Origin: a virus
Taxonomy: Duplodnaviria > Caudoviricetes
DNA length: 59,304 nucleotides
Reading direction: 5' to 3' (one strand)
Virus record (IMG/VR): IMGVR_UViG_3300037264_003947
Location: 1 to 59,304 of that record
Part shown: positions 1-10,115 of the stretch, piece by piece
Layout: each line of letters starts with the position of its first letter
Position numbering within the stretch: the stretch's first letter is position 1
The notes under the pieces: model-generated
Told to the model about the DNA's origin: nothing
Databases searched by the model: none
What the model saw: the letters and a program-made list of their open reading frames with translations, nothing else
Position numbers and translations under genes: made by a program

Positions 1-238
1 CCTTAACCAATTCAACTGGTTCAAAATTTTCTACTTTGAGAGTTAGTTTCTTTGGATCGAAACTATAATCTGCAGCGTAGAACTGTCCAGTGTTATGGTC
101 AAGAAGTATCAAGCTATCCTCAAACATATTAATAAGTACCGCATTGGATGACTTATTAACGATTGAAGAAATTACCTTCTCTAGGTTTTTGTTTGAGAAC
201 AAATTCATGCTCTCAAAATCTCTTAGCTTAACTTCCAT
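1..238 (-). CDS. Partial hypothetical protein, runs off the window start (head-gene region)
   Basis: ATG at 238 with AGGAGGAG SD; open frame MEVKLRDFESMNLFSNKNLEK... to base 1. Confidence 0.7.
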   Translation of the reverse strand, partial: MEVKLRDFESMNLFSNKNLEKVISSIVNKSSNAVLINMFEDSLILLDHNTGQFYAADYSFDPKKLTLKVENFEPVELVK

Positions 239-270
239 TATATACTCCTCCTAATTGTTTGACACAAAAA

Positions 271-711
271 TTACTTTAGATACTTGTTGATTTTTCGTCT
301 GAAAAGTCTAACAGTTCCATTTGCCAGTTCGTCTATTCCTAAAGTAATTCTATCTTCTTTGTAATACTTTTTTGCTATATCTTCTTTTAACGAAAGATTG
401 ATACATTTTGCTTTTTCACCCTCAAGCTCCACCACTTTCAAAAAATCGCCCCTCGTTAAATTCTTGAAAAAACCGAGCATTTTACTGTCCTCTTTCATTA
501 GCATAGATTTGTCCTTTCTGCTTAATGCTAAAGGCTTAGTAAATGTCGCATCTTCAAGTTGTATGTTCTTCTTTTCCTTCGGAGTTTCGCTATCTGGGTA
601 GATAGACTTCAACGTTTCAAAGATCTGACCTTTTTCAATTTTAGGTAATTTTTCTTTTAACTCTTCCAGAAGAGATCTGAGGGTGTAAGCGGATCTTTTT
701 TCATTATTCAT
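271..711 (-). CDS. Hypothetical protein
   Basis: 146 aa ORF co-oriented downstream of the portal. Confidence 0.65.
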   Translation of the reverse strand: MNNEKRSAYTLRSLLEELKEKLPKIEKGQIFETLKSIYPDSETPKEKKNIQLEDATFTKPLALSRKDKSMLMKEDSKMLGFFKNLTRGDFLKVVELEGEKAKCINLSLKEDIAKKYYKEDRITLGIDELANGTVRLFRRKINKYLK

Positions 712-753
712 TAACTAGTCTCATTTATCTTTCCAATATGGTAAAAAGGTTAT

Positions 754-2721
754 TTAATCCCTCAAGAACTTACCTTTACCCCTATCTACTGTCACCTCTT
801 CGAATATCATATTTTTCATAGCACTCTTTACAGATAATTTCTCTAATGGTTTCTTTCCCTTTACTTTAGATTCGTAAAGACGAACGGTTCCCTCTTCAAG
901 AGCAAGGCCACCAAATTCGTTAGTAATTATTTGTCTAGTGACGTTCTTAGAGCGCATGTAAGGCTTCTTTCTTTCACCAGGCATAAATATCTCTCTTAGC
1001 TCTCTAGCAATATTTGTCTTTGATCCCTTAGAAGGTTTATCATAATCTTCAAGCATCTTAACCATCTTAAAGAAGTCCTTTGAATTCTCTGCCAAGAACT
1101 CTTTGCCAAATACATTAATAAGTGTTCCAGCAGTAAGAGGCATACCAGCCTCTGCACCCGCTTCTGGAGGAGCGCCCGCCTCTGCGCCCGCGCCCGCGAC
1201 AAATGGAGCTTCTCCACCAGGAGCCGCACCCGCTTCAGGTGCTGGACCCGCTCCACCACCGCCGCCACCAGCTCCAGCTTCTGCGCCTTGAGGATTTTCT
1301 CCCTGCTCTAATTTCTTATAAAGCATAACGTCTGCAATTTCTTTTTCTGAGAAACGCATAATGTTCTTAAGCATCCATTCAGTGCTGAAAATATTGAGTT
1401 GTTGAATAGTTTGTAATAGTCCCATCTTCTGGTTTATTAAGTCAATTTCAGTAATTTCTTTAATGTTTGAAGGTGGTGTCATTTCAAGTTCGAAAGAAGA
1501 AAGGTCTGCTTTCTTTGCGCCCTGGAAGAATAACTCTAGAGCAGCAATTTTATTAAGCCCCTTTATTACCTGCGATTGTATTCTTTCAATGAAACGAGAG
1601 AACTTAATATCCAACTGGGCCAATGAACCTCTAGATCTATCAGCTTCATCACCCATATAGGCAGCTGGAATATTCATAGTGCGAAGTATCTTATCTCTAA
1701 AATACTTCATATCGTCAATAGCTTCAAGTCCCTGACCACCAGCCAAGGTTTCAATTTTAGTTCCCTGTGTTCCCTCACGAATAGGCACGAATATATCACT
1801 AGTTATAGAAAGTATATGCGCCTTCTTATTGATATTTCCACTCTCGTCAATAAATGAAGCGGCACGATATTGGTTCTTAACTCTTTCAAGGAATTGTCTA
1901 GCTTCTATTTTATTGAGATTTCCTACATCAATATAGAATACCCTACGCTCGGGCGCGCGCGAGATACGATAAACCAACATTACATCTTCAAGTAATGAAA
2001 GCTTTCTGTAAGTGCCTACACCAGCATCTAGCAAACTGCATCCATAAGGAAGTTTTTCTTTATCTTCTATTTTGAAGTGGACTATCTGCCAAGGTTGTAG
2101 CTTGTATATTATGTCCTCTTCCCTTTTAAGTGTGGATATTGCTGAAGTAAGCGTTTCCAGTTCAGACGAGTATCGCTTATAAACGAAGTGAGATAATCGT
2201 CCATTTTCTTCGACTCGCTCGACTTTTGTCGGCTCAAGATAACGCAAGTAAACAATTTTCTTAGGGTTTTTGTAATCATCGACTATTACCTCGTAAAAAT
2301 TATCTCCCATTTTACAGGTTTCATAAACTACGGACCATAACTCGTTATTTATGTCTAGTCTTTCAAAAAACAAATCTTCAAGCAATTCTTTTACTTCTTC
2401 ATCGTCTGAGTAGATTTTTAAAGAGTTGCCTTCATTGTTTTTCTGGGAACTATCATCTGATACAATTTCAATAGCACGATGGACGAATTCCATTTTATCC
2501 ATTTCACGATAATAAGCATAACGAACTTTACGATCAGCAGTTTCAGCAGATTCCTTCTCAAACATAGAAAATTGATTATAAGAAAAATCAATATCTTTTT
2601 GTTGTGCTGGAGAAATTTCTGATTTTAGATCTGTTTTTAACGTATCAATTACGTTAATTTTTCTCTGTATATTTTCTGGTTGTCCAGGTCTTATTTCTAT
2701 TTCTTTGCCATTCACGAGCAC
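754..2721 (-). CDS. Portal vertex protein, T4 gp20-like
   Basis: Motifs LLEDVMLVYRISRAPERRVFYIDVGNL, GTKIETLAGG, DIKFSRFIERIQ typical of gp20; Gly/Ala/Pro-rich linker near the C-terminus. Confidence 0.93.
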   Translation of the reverse strand: MLVNGKEIEIRPGQPENIQRKINVIDTLKTDLKSEISPAQQKDIDFSYNQFSMFEKESAETADRKVRYAYYREMDKMEFVHRAIEIVSDDSSQKNNEGNSLKIYSDDEEVKELLEDLFFERLDINNELWSVVYETCKMGDNFYEVIVDDYKNPKKIVYLRYLEPTKVERVEENGRLSHFVYKRYSSELETLTSAISTLKREEDIIYKLQPWQIVHFKIEDKEKLPYGCSLLDAGVGTYRKLSLLEDVMLVYRISRAPERRVFYIDVGNLNKIEARQFLERVKNQYRAASFIDESGNINKKAHILSITSDIFVPIREGTQGTKIETLAGGQGLEAIDDMKYFRDKILRTMNIPAAYMGDEADRSRGSLAQLDIKFSRFIERIQSQVIKGLNKIAALELFFQGAKKADLSSFELEMTPPSNIKEITEIDLINQKMGLLQTIQQLNIFSTEWMLKNIMRFSEKEIADVMLYKKLEQGENPQGAEAGAGGGGGGAGPAPEAGAAPGGEAPFVAGAGAEAGAPPEAGAEAGMPLTAGTLINVFGKEFLAENSKDFFKMVKMLEDYDKPSKGSKTNIARELREIFMPGERKKPYMRSKNVTRQIITNEFGGLALEEGTVRLYESKVKGKKPLEKLSVKSAMKNMIFEEVTVDRGKGKFLRD

Positions 2722-2722
2722 T

Positions 2723-3280
2723 TTATTTGCCTCCTGGTAGAAGGTCTTTTATGTTGTACTCTTCCACTAATTTCATATTTAATTTGTTCCATTTTATTTG
2801 ATTATCTTTTCTTTCTAATGGACGAAGATTTCTTAAATCACAACATTTTTTAAATTCTTTTTCATTGTTTAAATCATACAAAGAAATTGGAATAATGTGA
2901 TCTATAGTCCAAAATTTACCGCAATTGTTCCAACTCATTTTTTCATCAAATTGTTTTTCTAAACATAGTTTGAGATTTTCAAGAGAAAAATTCATGATGC
3001 TACTATTATATCCATTTTTTATCTTTATTCTAGCTCTCATTAATTTTTTTAATTTAAAATTTATGTCTTCTCTATATTGTTTTCTTTCACGTTCTCTTAT
3101 TTTTTCTCTATTGTTTTTATTCCATTTTTTATTTTTTTCATTTTCGTATATTCTATGTTTTTCTTTATTCTTTAATAACCATTTTTTCATGTTTAGTTTA
3201 CATCTATCACAAACTTTTGCTTCAACAGGACTAAAGTCAGACCTTTTATTTTTACAAGTGAAACAGATTTTTACTAACAT
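2723..3280 (-). CDS. HNH homing endonuclease
   Basis: N-terminal CxxC pairs, basic helix, MSWNN..W.IDHIIP..NLRPL..N. Confidence 0.8.
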   Translation of the reverse strand: MLVKICFTCKNKRSDFSPVEAKVCDRCKLNMKKWLLKNKEKHRIYENEKNKKWNKNNREKIRERERKQYREDINFKLKKLMRARIKIKNGYNSSIMNFSLENLKLCLEKQFDEKMSWNNCGKFWTIDHIIPISLYDLNNEKEFKKCCDLRNLRPLERKDNQIKWNKLNMKLVEEYNIKDLLPGGK

Positions 3281-3555
3281 TATAAGATACCTCTAGCTTT
3301 TGCCTTATTTTTATGCATAAGCAACATTTCAACTCTATCGTGAGCCTTATTTATAACATCATATTTTTTAGCAACATTTCTTCGTGCTACATTTCCAACC
3401 ATTTTCTTGTGGCTTCTCTCAAGTTCACCGCCACGAGAAAGTCCAGCCAGATGCCTAGCTAAATTTTTTTCCTGTTTTTGAGTAGGATCAGCTTTGTCAG
3501 CCAACCTTCTCATTCTTTTTATTATTTTTGCGTTGTGCTTGTTACAATACACCAT
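3280..3555 (-). CDS. Small basic hypothetical protein
   Basis: 91 aa ORF abutting the HNH gene. Confidence 0.55.
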   Translation of the reverse strand: MVYCNKHNAKIIKRMRRLADKADPTQKQEKNLARHLAGLSRGGELERSHKKMVGNVARRNVAKKYDVINKAHDRVEMLLMHKNKAKARGIL

Positions 3556-3633
3556 TGCTTTTTACCTGTTTTATCTTTTCCAAAAAATTTTGTGTCCTTT
3601 TCTATATTACAACTAACGCAAATTTTAACCATT

Positions 3634-4110
3634 TTATTCTCTATCAACGTCTGTCTTATGGAAATCTAAAATTTCTTTAAAGTAAGGATGCTTTTCATAA
3701 TTTGCGGATTTTCCTTTTCTCATTTCGCCTTCAGTATATTTAGCAATTCTCATATGTTCTTTCACTAACTCGTAAATAAACTCTTTATTCTCAAAAGGAA
3801 ATAAATGAAGATATTTGTCTAAATACTTCATTGATTCTTTATCGTGTCCATAATGATGAACGCCAGTTTCATTTTCTGATTCTGTATCAAGTTTTCCTAA
3901 GTCGTGAAATATTGCTGCTATGGCCCAGTCTTTTCCTCTACTTTTTATTTTATCAAACACTATTTTAAGATGGTTATAAACAGAACCTTCTGGGTGCCAT
4001 TTAGGATTTTGTTTAGATCTTCTCAACTTCTCCACTATTTCTTTAGGAAGTTTGCTTATGTATTCTTCGAAGTTTAAAGTTTGTGCTTCTATCAATTCAG
4101 TTATTTTCAT
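3634..4110 (-). CDS. HD-domain phosphohydrolase (resembles the HD domain attached to CCA-adding enzymes)
   Basis: QNPKWHPEGSVYNH...AIFHDLGK...HYGHD...HM. Confidence 0.75.
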   Translation of the reverse strand: MKITELIEAQTLNFEEYISKLPKEIVEKLRRSKQNPKWHPEGSVYNHLKIVFDKIKSRGKDWAIAAIFHDLGKLDTESENETGVHHYGHDKESMKYLDKYLHLFPFENKEFIYELVKEHMRIAKYTEGEMRKGKSANYEKHPYFKEILDFHKTDVDRE

Positions 4111-4607
4111 TTCTTATTCACTAGTTTATTATACATAGGTGTTGTTAAAATATATCTATCTAGCCAAGACCAATCGTGGGAAGCGTAATCCTTCTTCCTG
4201 TCTTCTTCCTTACTTCTCATTACATATTCTACATTATGCGCTTCTACCATAGTCCATTTTCCATTTACTTTTTTTGCAATGCCGTGGATAAAAATAGCCT
4301 CAGTTTGTTTTACTCCAAGTTTTTTATCTAAATCTTCGTGCATAATCCAAGGACTAAAAACATAAACTTTTTTATTTGCAGTTGCCGTAAATCTTATATA
4401 CTTTTCTTTTTTGGACTTCTGATACTTCATCCAAGCGCCGCCTGGATCGTTTGCTCCACCACCTTCATGTGGCTCAACAATTTCTGCAACTTCATCCATT
4501 TCTGATTCAGTGGGATTGACATAAATTTCTTTATAGTCCCTTCCCATATGTTTTATTCCATCCAGAAATTCTTCGAAGAGTTTATCTATCTTTTTCCTAT
4601 TAGCCAT
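4107..4607 (-). CDS. Hypothetical protein, paralogous to 22996..23655
   Basis: Shared NPT..EMDE, KKV.VF and DW.WLD.YI motifs. Confidence 0.65.
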   Translation of the reverse strand: MANRKKIDKLFEEFLDGIKHMGRDYKEIYVNPTESEMDEVAEIVEPHEGGGANDPGGAWMKYQKSKKEKYIRFTATANKKVYVFSPWIMHEDLDKKLGVKQTEAIFIHGIAKKVNGKWTMVEAHNVEYVMRSKEEDRKKDYASHDWSWLDRYILTTPMYNKLVNKK

Positions 4608-6484
4608 AAATATTCTTCCCTACCAATTCCATATTTTCCCTTGAAAAATAGATCTTCAGAATTTCCTTCTTTTTCATCAGATGAAACAAATTCAAACTTA
4701 TTTTTCTGATCTTCTTCGTTTACAACTTTATCTTTACTCTCTGAGTACTCTATAAATTCACCTTTTTCGTTAATCATAAAGCTTTCACCAGAGTTACTAG
4801 CCTTATGTCTCAAATAGAGTGCAAGTGCAAACGCCATTATAGCATCATCGGTCGAACCAGAGTCGTGAACAGGTTTAGTTCCATCCCAAATCCACGTAGC
4901 CATTTCCATATAGACCCGTTTTGAGTACATTTTGAGTTCCGAAAAGAGTCCATCTACGGTAAACCAGTCAATGAATTCATTTGTCAACAATTTTCTAGTC
5001 TTTGTATCAGTAATCCATCCAGTCATTCGTGTAATATTATTTTTTGTCTTTGCTTGTTTAAATACATTTTGATATGGCTCTGTATCGTGATAATAAACTT
5101 CGTTAAATACAGCTTCACCAATACCATTACATTCTATTACTATGAACGCTTGATTATAATAATTGGCTACTGCTTTCACCATCACACCAAAATTTTTAGT
5201 AGCCATCATTCCTTTATATTCGCAAACTTGTTCATAAGTTTCTACATCTAAAACCTGGAACGAAGAAGTTTCTGCTCCTGTTCCAGAAGCAATATCTACT
5301 CCCATTATATAGCGATGTCCACGCAAAGGATTTCCCCATACCCAAACATTATCCATTCTAACGCTACCAATTCTTCCTTGTGTAATGGGGTCTTTAATTC
5401 TACCTTCAACTTTCTTCAATGTGTCTTCGTTGAATACAGCGTTTCCACCTACTATAAAGTTGTGTAATACTTCTTGTTTATAAAGAATTTCACCTAAGTC
5501 ATCGTGTTGCTTTTTGAGCCAAGGATTTTCTCTCCAGTTATTTTCGCCAATTGGATCAAAAAATTTCTTTGCTTCTCTTTTTACTTCTGGATTATAATAA
5601 TAATCTTTCTCAACGAAACGCTCTAGTATTTGACTATAGCCTTTTTTAGGTCCATCTATTTCTACAGCATCGGGCACTTCCCACCAGTCAACAGAAACTA
5701 ATCTAGTATTATTTTCTGACTCCATTTTTGCTTGCTGGACCTGTTCATAATAATAAGCGCCAGGTCCAGATGTTTTATTTGGAGTTGAGAGAATAATGAA
5801 TTGTCCATTTGTTCTAGAAAGTGTAGGTTGAGCGGCGGCAACAATTCCGCGAACCATTTTTTCTGATTTGTAGTGTGCTGCCTCATCAAGCACTAACAAT
5901 GAAAGAGTATCAGAACGGCCAGCATTTTCTGATTGGCTCTCTGATATGATTTTGCTTCCATTTTCAAACTGAAGCACTTGTTCGTTGTCTTTAACTATTC
6001 TTGTTCTTAAGAAAGGTGGTAAATATTTTATAGTAGAATCCATTTTTGCTACAAAGGCTTGTGCCTTAAGTTGCTTCAATGAAACTACATCTATATCTTC
6101 AGCTTCCCTGAAGTTTAGTTTCCACAAACAATACATAGAAAATAGTGTTGATAGTCCGCACTGACGAACTTTTTCGCATACCATTTTTTGGAATTCTAAT
6201 AAATCTCTTAAAATACTTCTTTGGAAATAATATAGATTAAATGGTATAATGCCTACATTTGGTAAACTTATCCAGGCATAACGATGGATGAAATAATAAG
6301 GAGACATTTTACATAAAAATCTCTCTATTCCAGTATCTATTAGTTCTGTTGTTCCATCACTATATTGTGTTTCAGTAAACACATCATTAGCAGTTTCTAT
6401 TGCGTCATCAAAAGTAGTTTTTATTCTGTAAAATTTTATCTTTTTTTCAATTGACTCTACAAACTTTTTTTCTTCTTGGTTCAT
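4586..6484 (-). CDS. terL: Terminase large subunit
   Basis: KVRQCGLST Walker A variant, LLVLDEAAH Walker B, STPN coupling motif, nuclease MGVDIASG...IECNGIG...DDAIMA. Confidence 0.93.
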   Translation of the reverse strand: MNQEEKKFVESIEKKIKFYRIKTTFDDAIETANDVFTETQYSDGTTELIDTGIERFLCKMSPYYFIHRYAWISLPNVGIIPFNLYYFQRSILRDLLEFQKMVCEKVRQCGLSTLFSMYCLWKLNFREAEDIDVVSLKQLKAQAFVAKMDSTIKYLPPFLRTRIVKDNEQVLQFENGSKIISESQSENAGRSDTLSLLVLDEAAHYKSEKMVRGIVAAAQPTLSRTNGQFIILSTPNKTSGPGAYYYEQVQQAKMESENNTRLVSVDWWEVPDAVEIDGPKKGYSQILERFVEKDYYYNPEVKREAKKFFDPIGENNWRENPWLKKQHDDLGEILYKQEVLHNFIVGGNAVFNEDTLKKVEGRIKDPITQGRIGSVRMDNVWVWGNPLRGHRYIMGVDIASGTGAETSSFQVLDVETYEQVCEYKGMMATKNFGVMVKAVANYYNQAFIVIECNGIGEAVFNEVYYHDTEPYQNVFKQAKTKNNITRMTGWITDTKTRKLLTNEFIDWFTVDGLFSELKMYSKRVYMEMATWIWDGTKPVHDSGSTDDAIMAFALALYLRHKASNSGESFMINEKGEFIEYSESKDKVVNEEDQKNKFEFVSSDEKEGNSEDLFFKGKYGIGREEYLWLIGKR

Positions 6485-6505
6485 AATATTCCTTATATAT
6501 TATAT

Positions 6506-6778
6506 ATGGATGATATAAATAAAAGATGGGAAGATGCTATAGCAAAAGCTAAAATATTATTGGTTCAATATAATGAGCTTGATAAGACGCACGAAAAATA
6601 TACTTTTCGCTCTGTTATAGACGCTCTAGAAGCTTACCTTTACTTAGCAGATGTTTATAAAAGAGAAAGCATTGCCGTATTACATAGACTAGAAGCTATG
6701 ACTTTAGATATAGAGGCGTGGAGAGATAGAATACCTATAGGACCAGGCAGAAGAAAAATGGGACACGATTTTATCTAG
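6506..6778 (+). CDS. Hypothetical protein on the opposite strand within the packaging cluster
   Basis: Fills the gap between TerL and 6771..7199; ATG at 6506 preferred to the ORF-track start. Confidence 0.5.
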   Translation: MDDINKRWEDAIAKAKILLVQYNELDKTHEKYTFRSVIDALEAYLYLADVYKRESIAVLHRLEAMTLDIEAWRDRIPIGPGRRKMGHDFI

Positions 6779-7199
6779 TCTTTTTTTCTTTTCTTATTGC
6801 GCTTAAATCTATTCCAGCTTTTTTACCTGGCATTGAGTTAAACATAATACCGATATTTGTCTTCATTTCATCGGCCTTAGTTCTTATCTTCAAAAGCTCT
6901 ATCAAGTTTTTACTTGCTTCAATTTTAAGCTCTAGCGCGCGCGTGATAGCTTCTTTTGAAGCTTCAGTTCTGTCTTTATCTAAACCTAGATTGGTGAAGA
7001 AAAGTTCAAAAATTTTATCAGCTTTCTTTCTATCGTCTTGTGTCATTTTAACTAGACCTTCTGCGATAGAATTAATGTCTTCTACATCAAGCTCCAAATC
7101 TTTTCTTTTTTTAGCTAATTCTTTATCATCAATGACGACTGGCATTTTTTCTTTCTCATCCATTTCGTCTAACATTTCGTCTATTAAATCTTTACCCAT
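6771..7199 (-). CDS. Helical hypothetical protein, possible terminase small subunit
   Basis: Size, two-helix pattern and position upstream of TerL; positional inference only. Confidence 0.4.
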   Translation of the reverse strand: MGKDLIDEMLDEMDEKEKMPVVIDDKELAKKRKDLELDVEDINSIAEGLVKMTQDDRKKADKIFELFFTNLGLDKDRTEASKEAITRALELKIEASKNLIELLKIRTKADEMKTNIGIMFNSMPGKKAGIDLSAIRKEKKTR

Positions 7200-7819
7200 T
7201 ATTTCATACCTTCATTTATTTTTCTCAAAACATCTATATCACTTCCATCTTTAGGTCTAGCTCTATTACATTTTCTACATATATATCTTATATTAGATTT
7301 TATGTGAGAGCCACCAATGTTTATTGGAATAATATGGTCTAGATTATATTGGTTTGGTCCTAAAGTTTCTACTAAATTAACCCCACAAATTTTACAATAT
7401 AATGTTGTTTTTTTAAGTTCTCTTAAAAATTTTTTATCAACATCTGTATTAGAATTTTCTATTATTTCTCTTCTTTTATGAGCATTATTAGTATATCTAT
7501 CTATATGTTTTTTATAATCTTGTTTATTTTTTAATTTATATCTTTCTGGAAATTTTTCTCTCCAAGCATTTCTACTTAATTTAATTTTTTCTGGAAATCT
7601 TTTAGCATATTCTTTTTTATATTCTTGCCTTTGCTTATTATATACTTCTTTATGTTTTTCATTACATCTTCGACTAGCTTCTTTCACAGAATTTTTATTT
7701 TTATTTTTCCAAATTATAATGCATAACTTGCACCAATAATGCAAGCCATCTTTATTATATTTATTCTTATAGAAATCTGTCTCATTTTTTTCTTTTTTAC
7801 ACTTAGAACAAATTTTCAT
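7199..7819 (-). CDS. HNH homing endonuclease
   Basis: MKICSKC..FYKN..GL..WCK.C zinc ribbon; CKICG...LDHIIP..GGSH..SNIRYICRKCN; probable ATG at 7819. Confidence 0.88.
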   Translation of the reverse strand: MKICSKCKKEKNETDFYKNKYNKDGLHYWCKLCIIIWKNKNKNSVKEASRRCNEKHKEVYNKQRQEYKKEYAKRFPEKIKLSRNAWREKFPERYKLKNKQDYKKHIDRYTNNAHKRREIIENSNTDVDKKFLRELKKTTLYCKICGVNLVETLGPNQYNLDHIIPINIGGSHIKSNIRYICRKCNRARPKDGSDIDVLRKINEGMK

Positions 7820-7820
7820 T

Positions 7821-8507
7821 TTAGCGAATACCTTCAAATATATCACTATTGTAGCGACTCAAATCATTTACAAATTCTCTTATTTGATTATTCTTCACGC
7901 CTAGAGATCTACCCCAAGCATAAAGGTCAGATTTGCCTACAAACTTCTTCGTTTTTCTAAGATAATCAAGTATAATACTTGCTATCTTAATATACCTTGT
8001 CCTCTTAGTTCCTATAAAATTTTCGTCTATAACACCAAATAAAGTATTTTCCAGCTCGTCAAAAAACAGATCATAATTCATCGTTTCTTTTGCCTCTAAA
8101 TCTAACTCATCATCTATATTCTTGTGATTTCTATGTTTTTGTTTTCGGTCCGTATAGTTAAGCAAGCTTATTTTTGATATAATGCTGTAGTAGTTAAAAG
8201 CAGTGCCTTTACTAGGGTCGAATTTTAAGAAGTTTGAATAGCAAGCACTTAAAGCATGTTGCTTTAAGTCATCATAATCTTCAAAGATATAATAACGATA
8301 GACTATGATGATAGCATTAACTATTTTTTCTACTTGTTTGACGAGATCGTATTCTAACTTTTCGTCCTTAATAACTACTTTGCCATCACGAAATACTAGG
8401 CTATTTTTATAGTCAAGAAGAGTTTTTCTAAATTTCTCTTCGTCAAAGTATTTCCTAGTTGATTTAAGTAATTCTCCAGACTTTTCTACATTTTCTACTT
8501 TTTCCAT
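7821..8507 (-). CDS. Phage late-transcription sigma factor, T4 gp55-like
   Basis: Sigma region-2 pattern DDLKQHALSACYSNFLKFDPSKGTAFNYYSII; located beside packaging genes. Confidence 0.75.
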   Translation of the reverse strand: MEKVENVEKSGELLKSTRKYFDEEKFRKTLLDYKNSLVFRDGKVVIKDEKLEYDLVKQVEKIVNAIIIVYRYYIFEDYDDLKQHALSACYSNFLKFDPSKGTAFNYYSIISKISLLNYTDRKQKHRNHKNIDDELDLEAKETMNYDLFFDELENTLFGVIDENFIGTKRTRYIKIASIILDYLRKTKKFVGKSDLYAWGRSLGVKNNQIREFVNDLSRYNSDIFEGIR

Positions 8508-8515
8508 TAAATACT

Positions 8516-9178
8516 TTAAGCGCCAAGAACAGAATTTCTGAAGAACACAAGTTGCTTATTAAATTCTTGTAGATTAAAAGTTCCTGGAAAAACTTTATTA
8601 TCTTTCTTCATCACTAGAGATACAGTATGCGAACCAGCACTCTTTAGAACTTTAAATCCAATTGAATTATCCTTGTCTTTGCCATAATCGACATTGATAA
8701 GTATTTTGTCGTCTTTGTTTACAAGATCGCCAATTGACTCGCCGCCACCAGTTGCCACATTCATGACAATTTCTGTTATGGCTTCGTCAATAACTGACGC
8801 TCCCTTTATTTTAACATTTGTAATATAGTCCATCATATCTTCTAGACTTTGTATATTATCAACATCATCTTCTTTAACAACTAATTTTCCAGCACGCTTT
8901 GAAGTAAATGTCTCTTCGTAAATTGTCTCTTCATTTGCTCCAGGTGGAAGAGGAATTTGGTCAGCTGGAACTTCTTGTCCCTGCTCGGCTGGTTGCTCTG
9001 GTTGAGCTGGTTGCTGTGGTTGCGCTTGCTGTTGTTTAGCATTTTTCAACTCTTGCTCCATTTCTGGAGATTCAGTGATGGAGACATCAACCTTATAGAA
9101 GATAATTAAACTCTTTCTTTCTCTTTCATAGAGAACTTGGTCAATCAGATTCCGAACACTCATATTTTGCTCCACCAT
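8516..9178 (-). CDS. Hypothetical protein with Q/P-rich linker
   Basis: 220 aa ORF in the operon. Confidence 0.65.
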   Translation of the reverse strand: MVEQNMSVRNLIDQVLYERERKSLIIFYKVDVSITESPEMEQELKNAKQQQAQPQQPAQPEQPAEQGQEVPADQIPLPPGANEETIYEETFTSKRAGKLVVKEDDVDNIQSLEDMMDYITNVKIKGASVIDEAITEIVMNVATGGGESIGDLVNKDDKILINVDYGKDKDNSIGFKVLKSAGSHTVSLVMKKDNKVFPGTFNLQEFNKQLVFFRNSVLGA

Positions 9179-9380
9179 CTTTTTCCATCACATGTTCTGC
9201 AACATCAGTAAGCATGTTTATGAAAATGATGAATTTCTTAACATTAGCAAAAATAAACCCTGTATTCCCAGGATTCTTGGTTTCATATACTTCGACTTGG
9301 TCGTCATCAGAAAAAAACACTTCAAATTCTGTTCCGCGCACCGTAAATGCAAAAGTATTGCTATTTTTTTTCTCTAACAT
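9141..9380 (-). CDS. Hypothetical protein
   Basis: 79 aa ORF with AAGGG upstream. Confidence 0.55.
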   Translation of the reverse strand: MLEKKNSNTFAFTVRGTEFEVFFSDDDQVEVYETKNPGNTGFIFANVKKFIIFINMLTDVAEHVMEKDGGAKYECSESD

Positions 9381-9397
9381 ATTGCCCTTTCGTAAAT

Positions 9398-9448
9398 AAA
9401 AAAACCCACTCTTCTACCTTTACTTTATATAAGGGGTAGAAAAGTGGG
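9398..9448 (-). terminator. Probable intrinsic terminator
   Basis: CCCACTTTTCTACCCCTT-loop-AAGGTAGAAGAGTGGG followed by a T-run on the minus strand. Confidence 0.6.
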
Positions 9449-9478
9449 CTAATGAAAAAAAATAGAAAAACTTATTTT

Positions 9479-9766
9479 CTAGTCAAGCAAATCCTTAAAG
9501 TCATCCCATCCTTTAGCGGCACACAAAAGAAGCAAATAACCAATTTGATCTGCTACATCATTCTTCTTTAATTCATCTGCATTTTTTATACGCATCAACT
9601 TGTCATCAAGGCGTTCTAGAATTCCATCTATTGCCCTATTACCACTTTTATGTTTAGTGAAAATAACCAGTGATTCTAGAGCAGAATTTCCATAACGCTT
9701 ATTTTTCTCTAATAGAAAATACTTTATTGCATCAACTACTTTTTGTAATACTTCTTGGTTTGCCAT
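9479..9766 (-). CDS. Nucleotide-modification-associated protein (Nmad1/DUF1599-like)
   Basis: KNKRYGNS...RLDDKLMRIKN...DQIGYLLL. Confidence 0.65.
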   Translation of the reverse strand: MANQEVLQKVVDAIKYFLLEKNKRYGNSALESLVIFTKHKSGNRAIDGILERLDDKLMRIKNADELKKNDVADQIGYLLLLCAAKGWDDFKDLLD

Positions 9767-9776
9767 TTATCAATCC

Positions 9777-9977
9777 TCATTTTATTGGTTCAAAACCATC
9801 TCGGCAATATTCAATTGAATAAAAAGAAAAATCACATTCATATAAAAGACGACACATAGAACACAAAAGATATGAATTTTGCTGACCTTTACCTTTGTAT
9901 TGTTTTATGTAAAGGGGAACAAATTTTATTACTCTTGTTAATATCTCAATTTTTGTCTTCATTTTGACATCAAGCAA
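9777..9977 (-). CDS. Small Cys-containing hypothetical protein
   Basis: Short ORF in the operon, CxxC. Confidence 0.45.
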   Translation of the reverse strand: MLDVKMKTKIEILTRVIKFVPLYIKQYKGKGQQNSYLLCSMCRLLYECDFSFYSIEYCRDGFEPIK

Positions 9978-10115
9978 TCGCCATAAGTATTATACAAATC
10001 GAAACTACAACCACAACCCCATTTTGAATCACAATGAAAACAAGTAATTCTATTGAAGTGGACGCTTCCCACCATTTTTTGCTTGATTAAATACTTTGGA
10101 ACATGAACTAGTATA

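Noticed and set aside
1130-1300. GC-rich patch in the portal gene as a foreign insertion
   Set aside because: Explained by a Gly/Ala/Pro-rich low-complexity linker in frame
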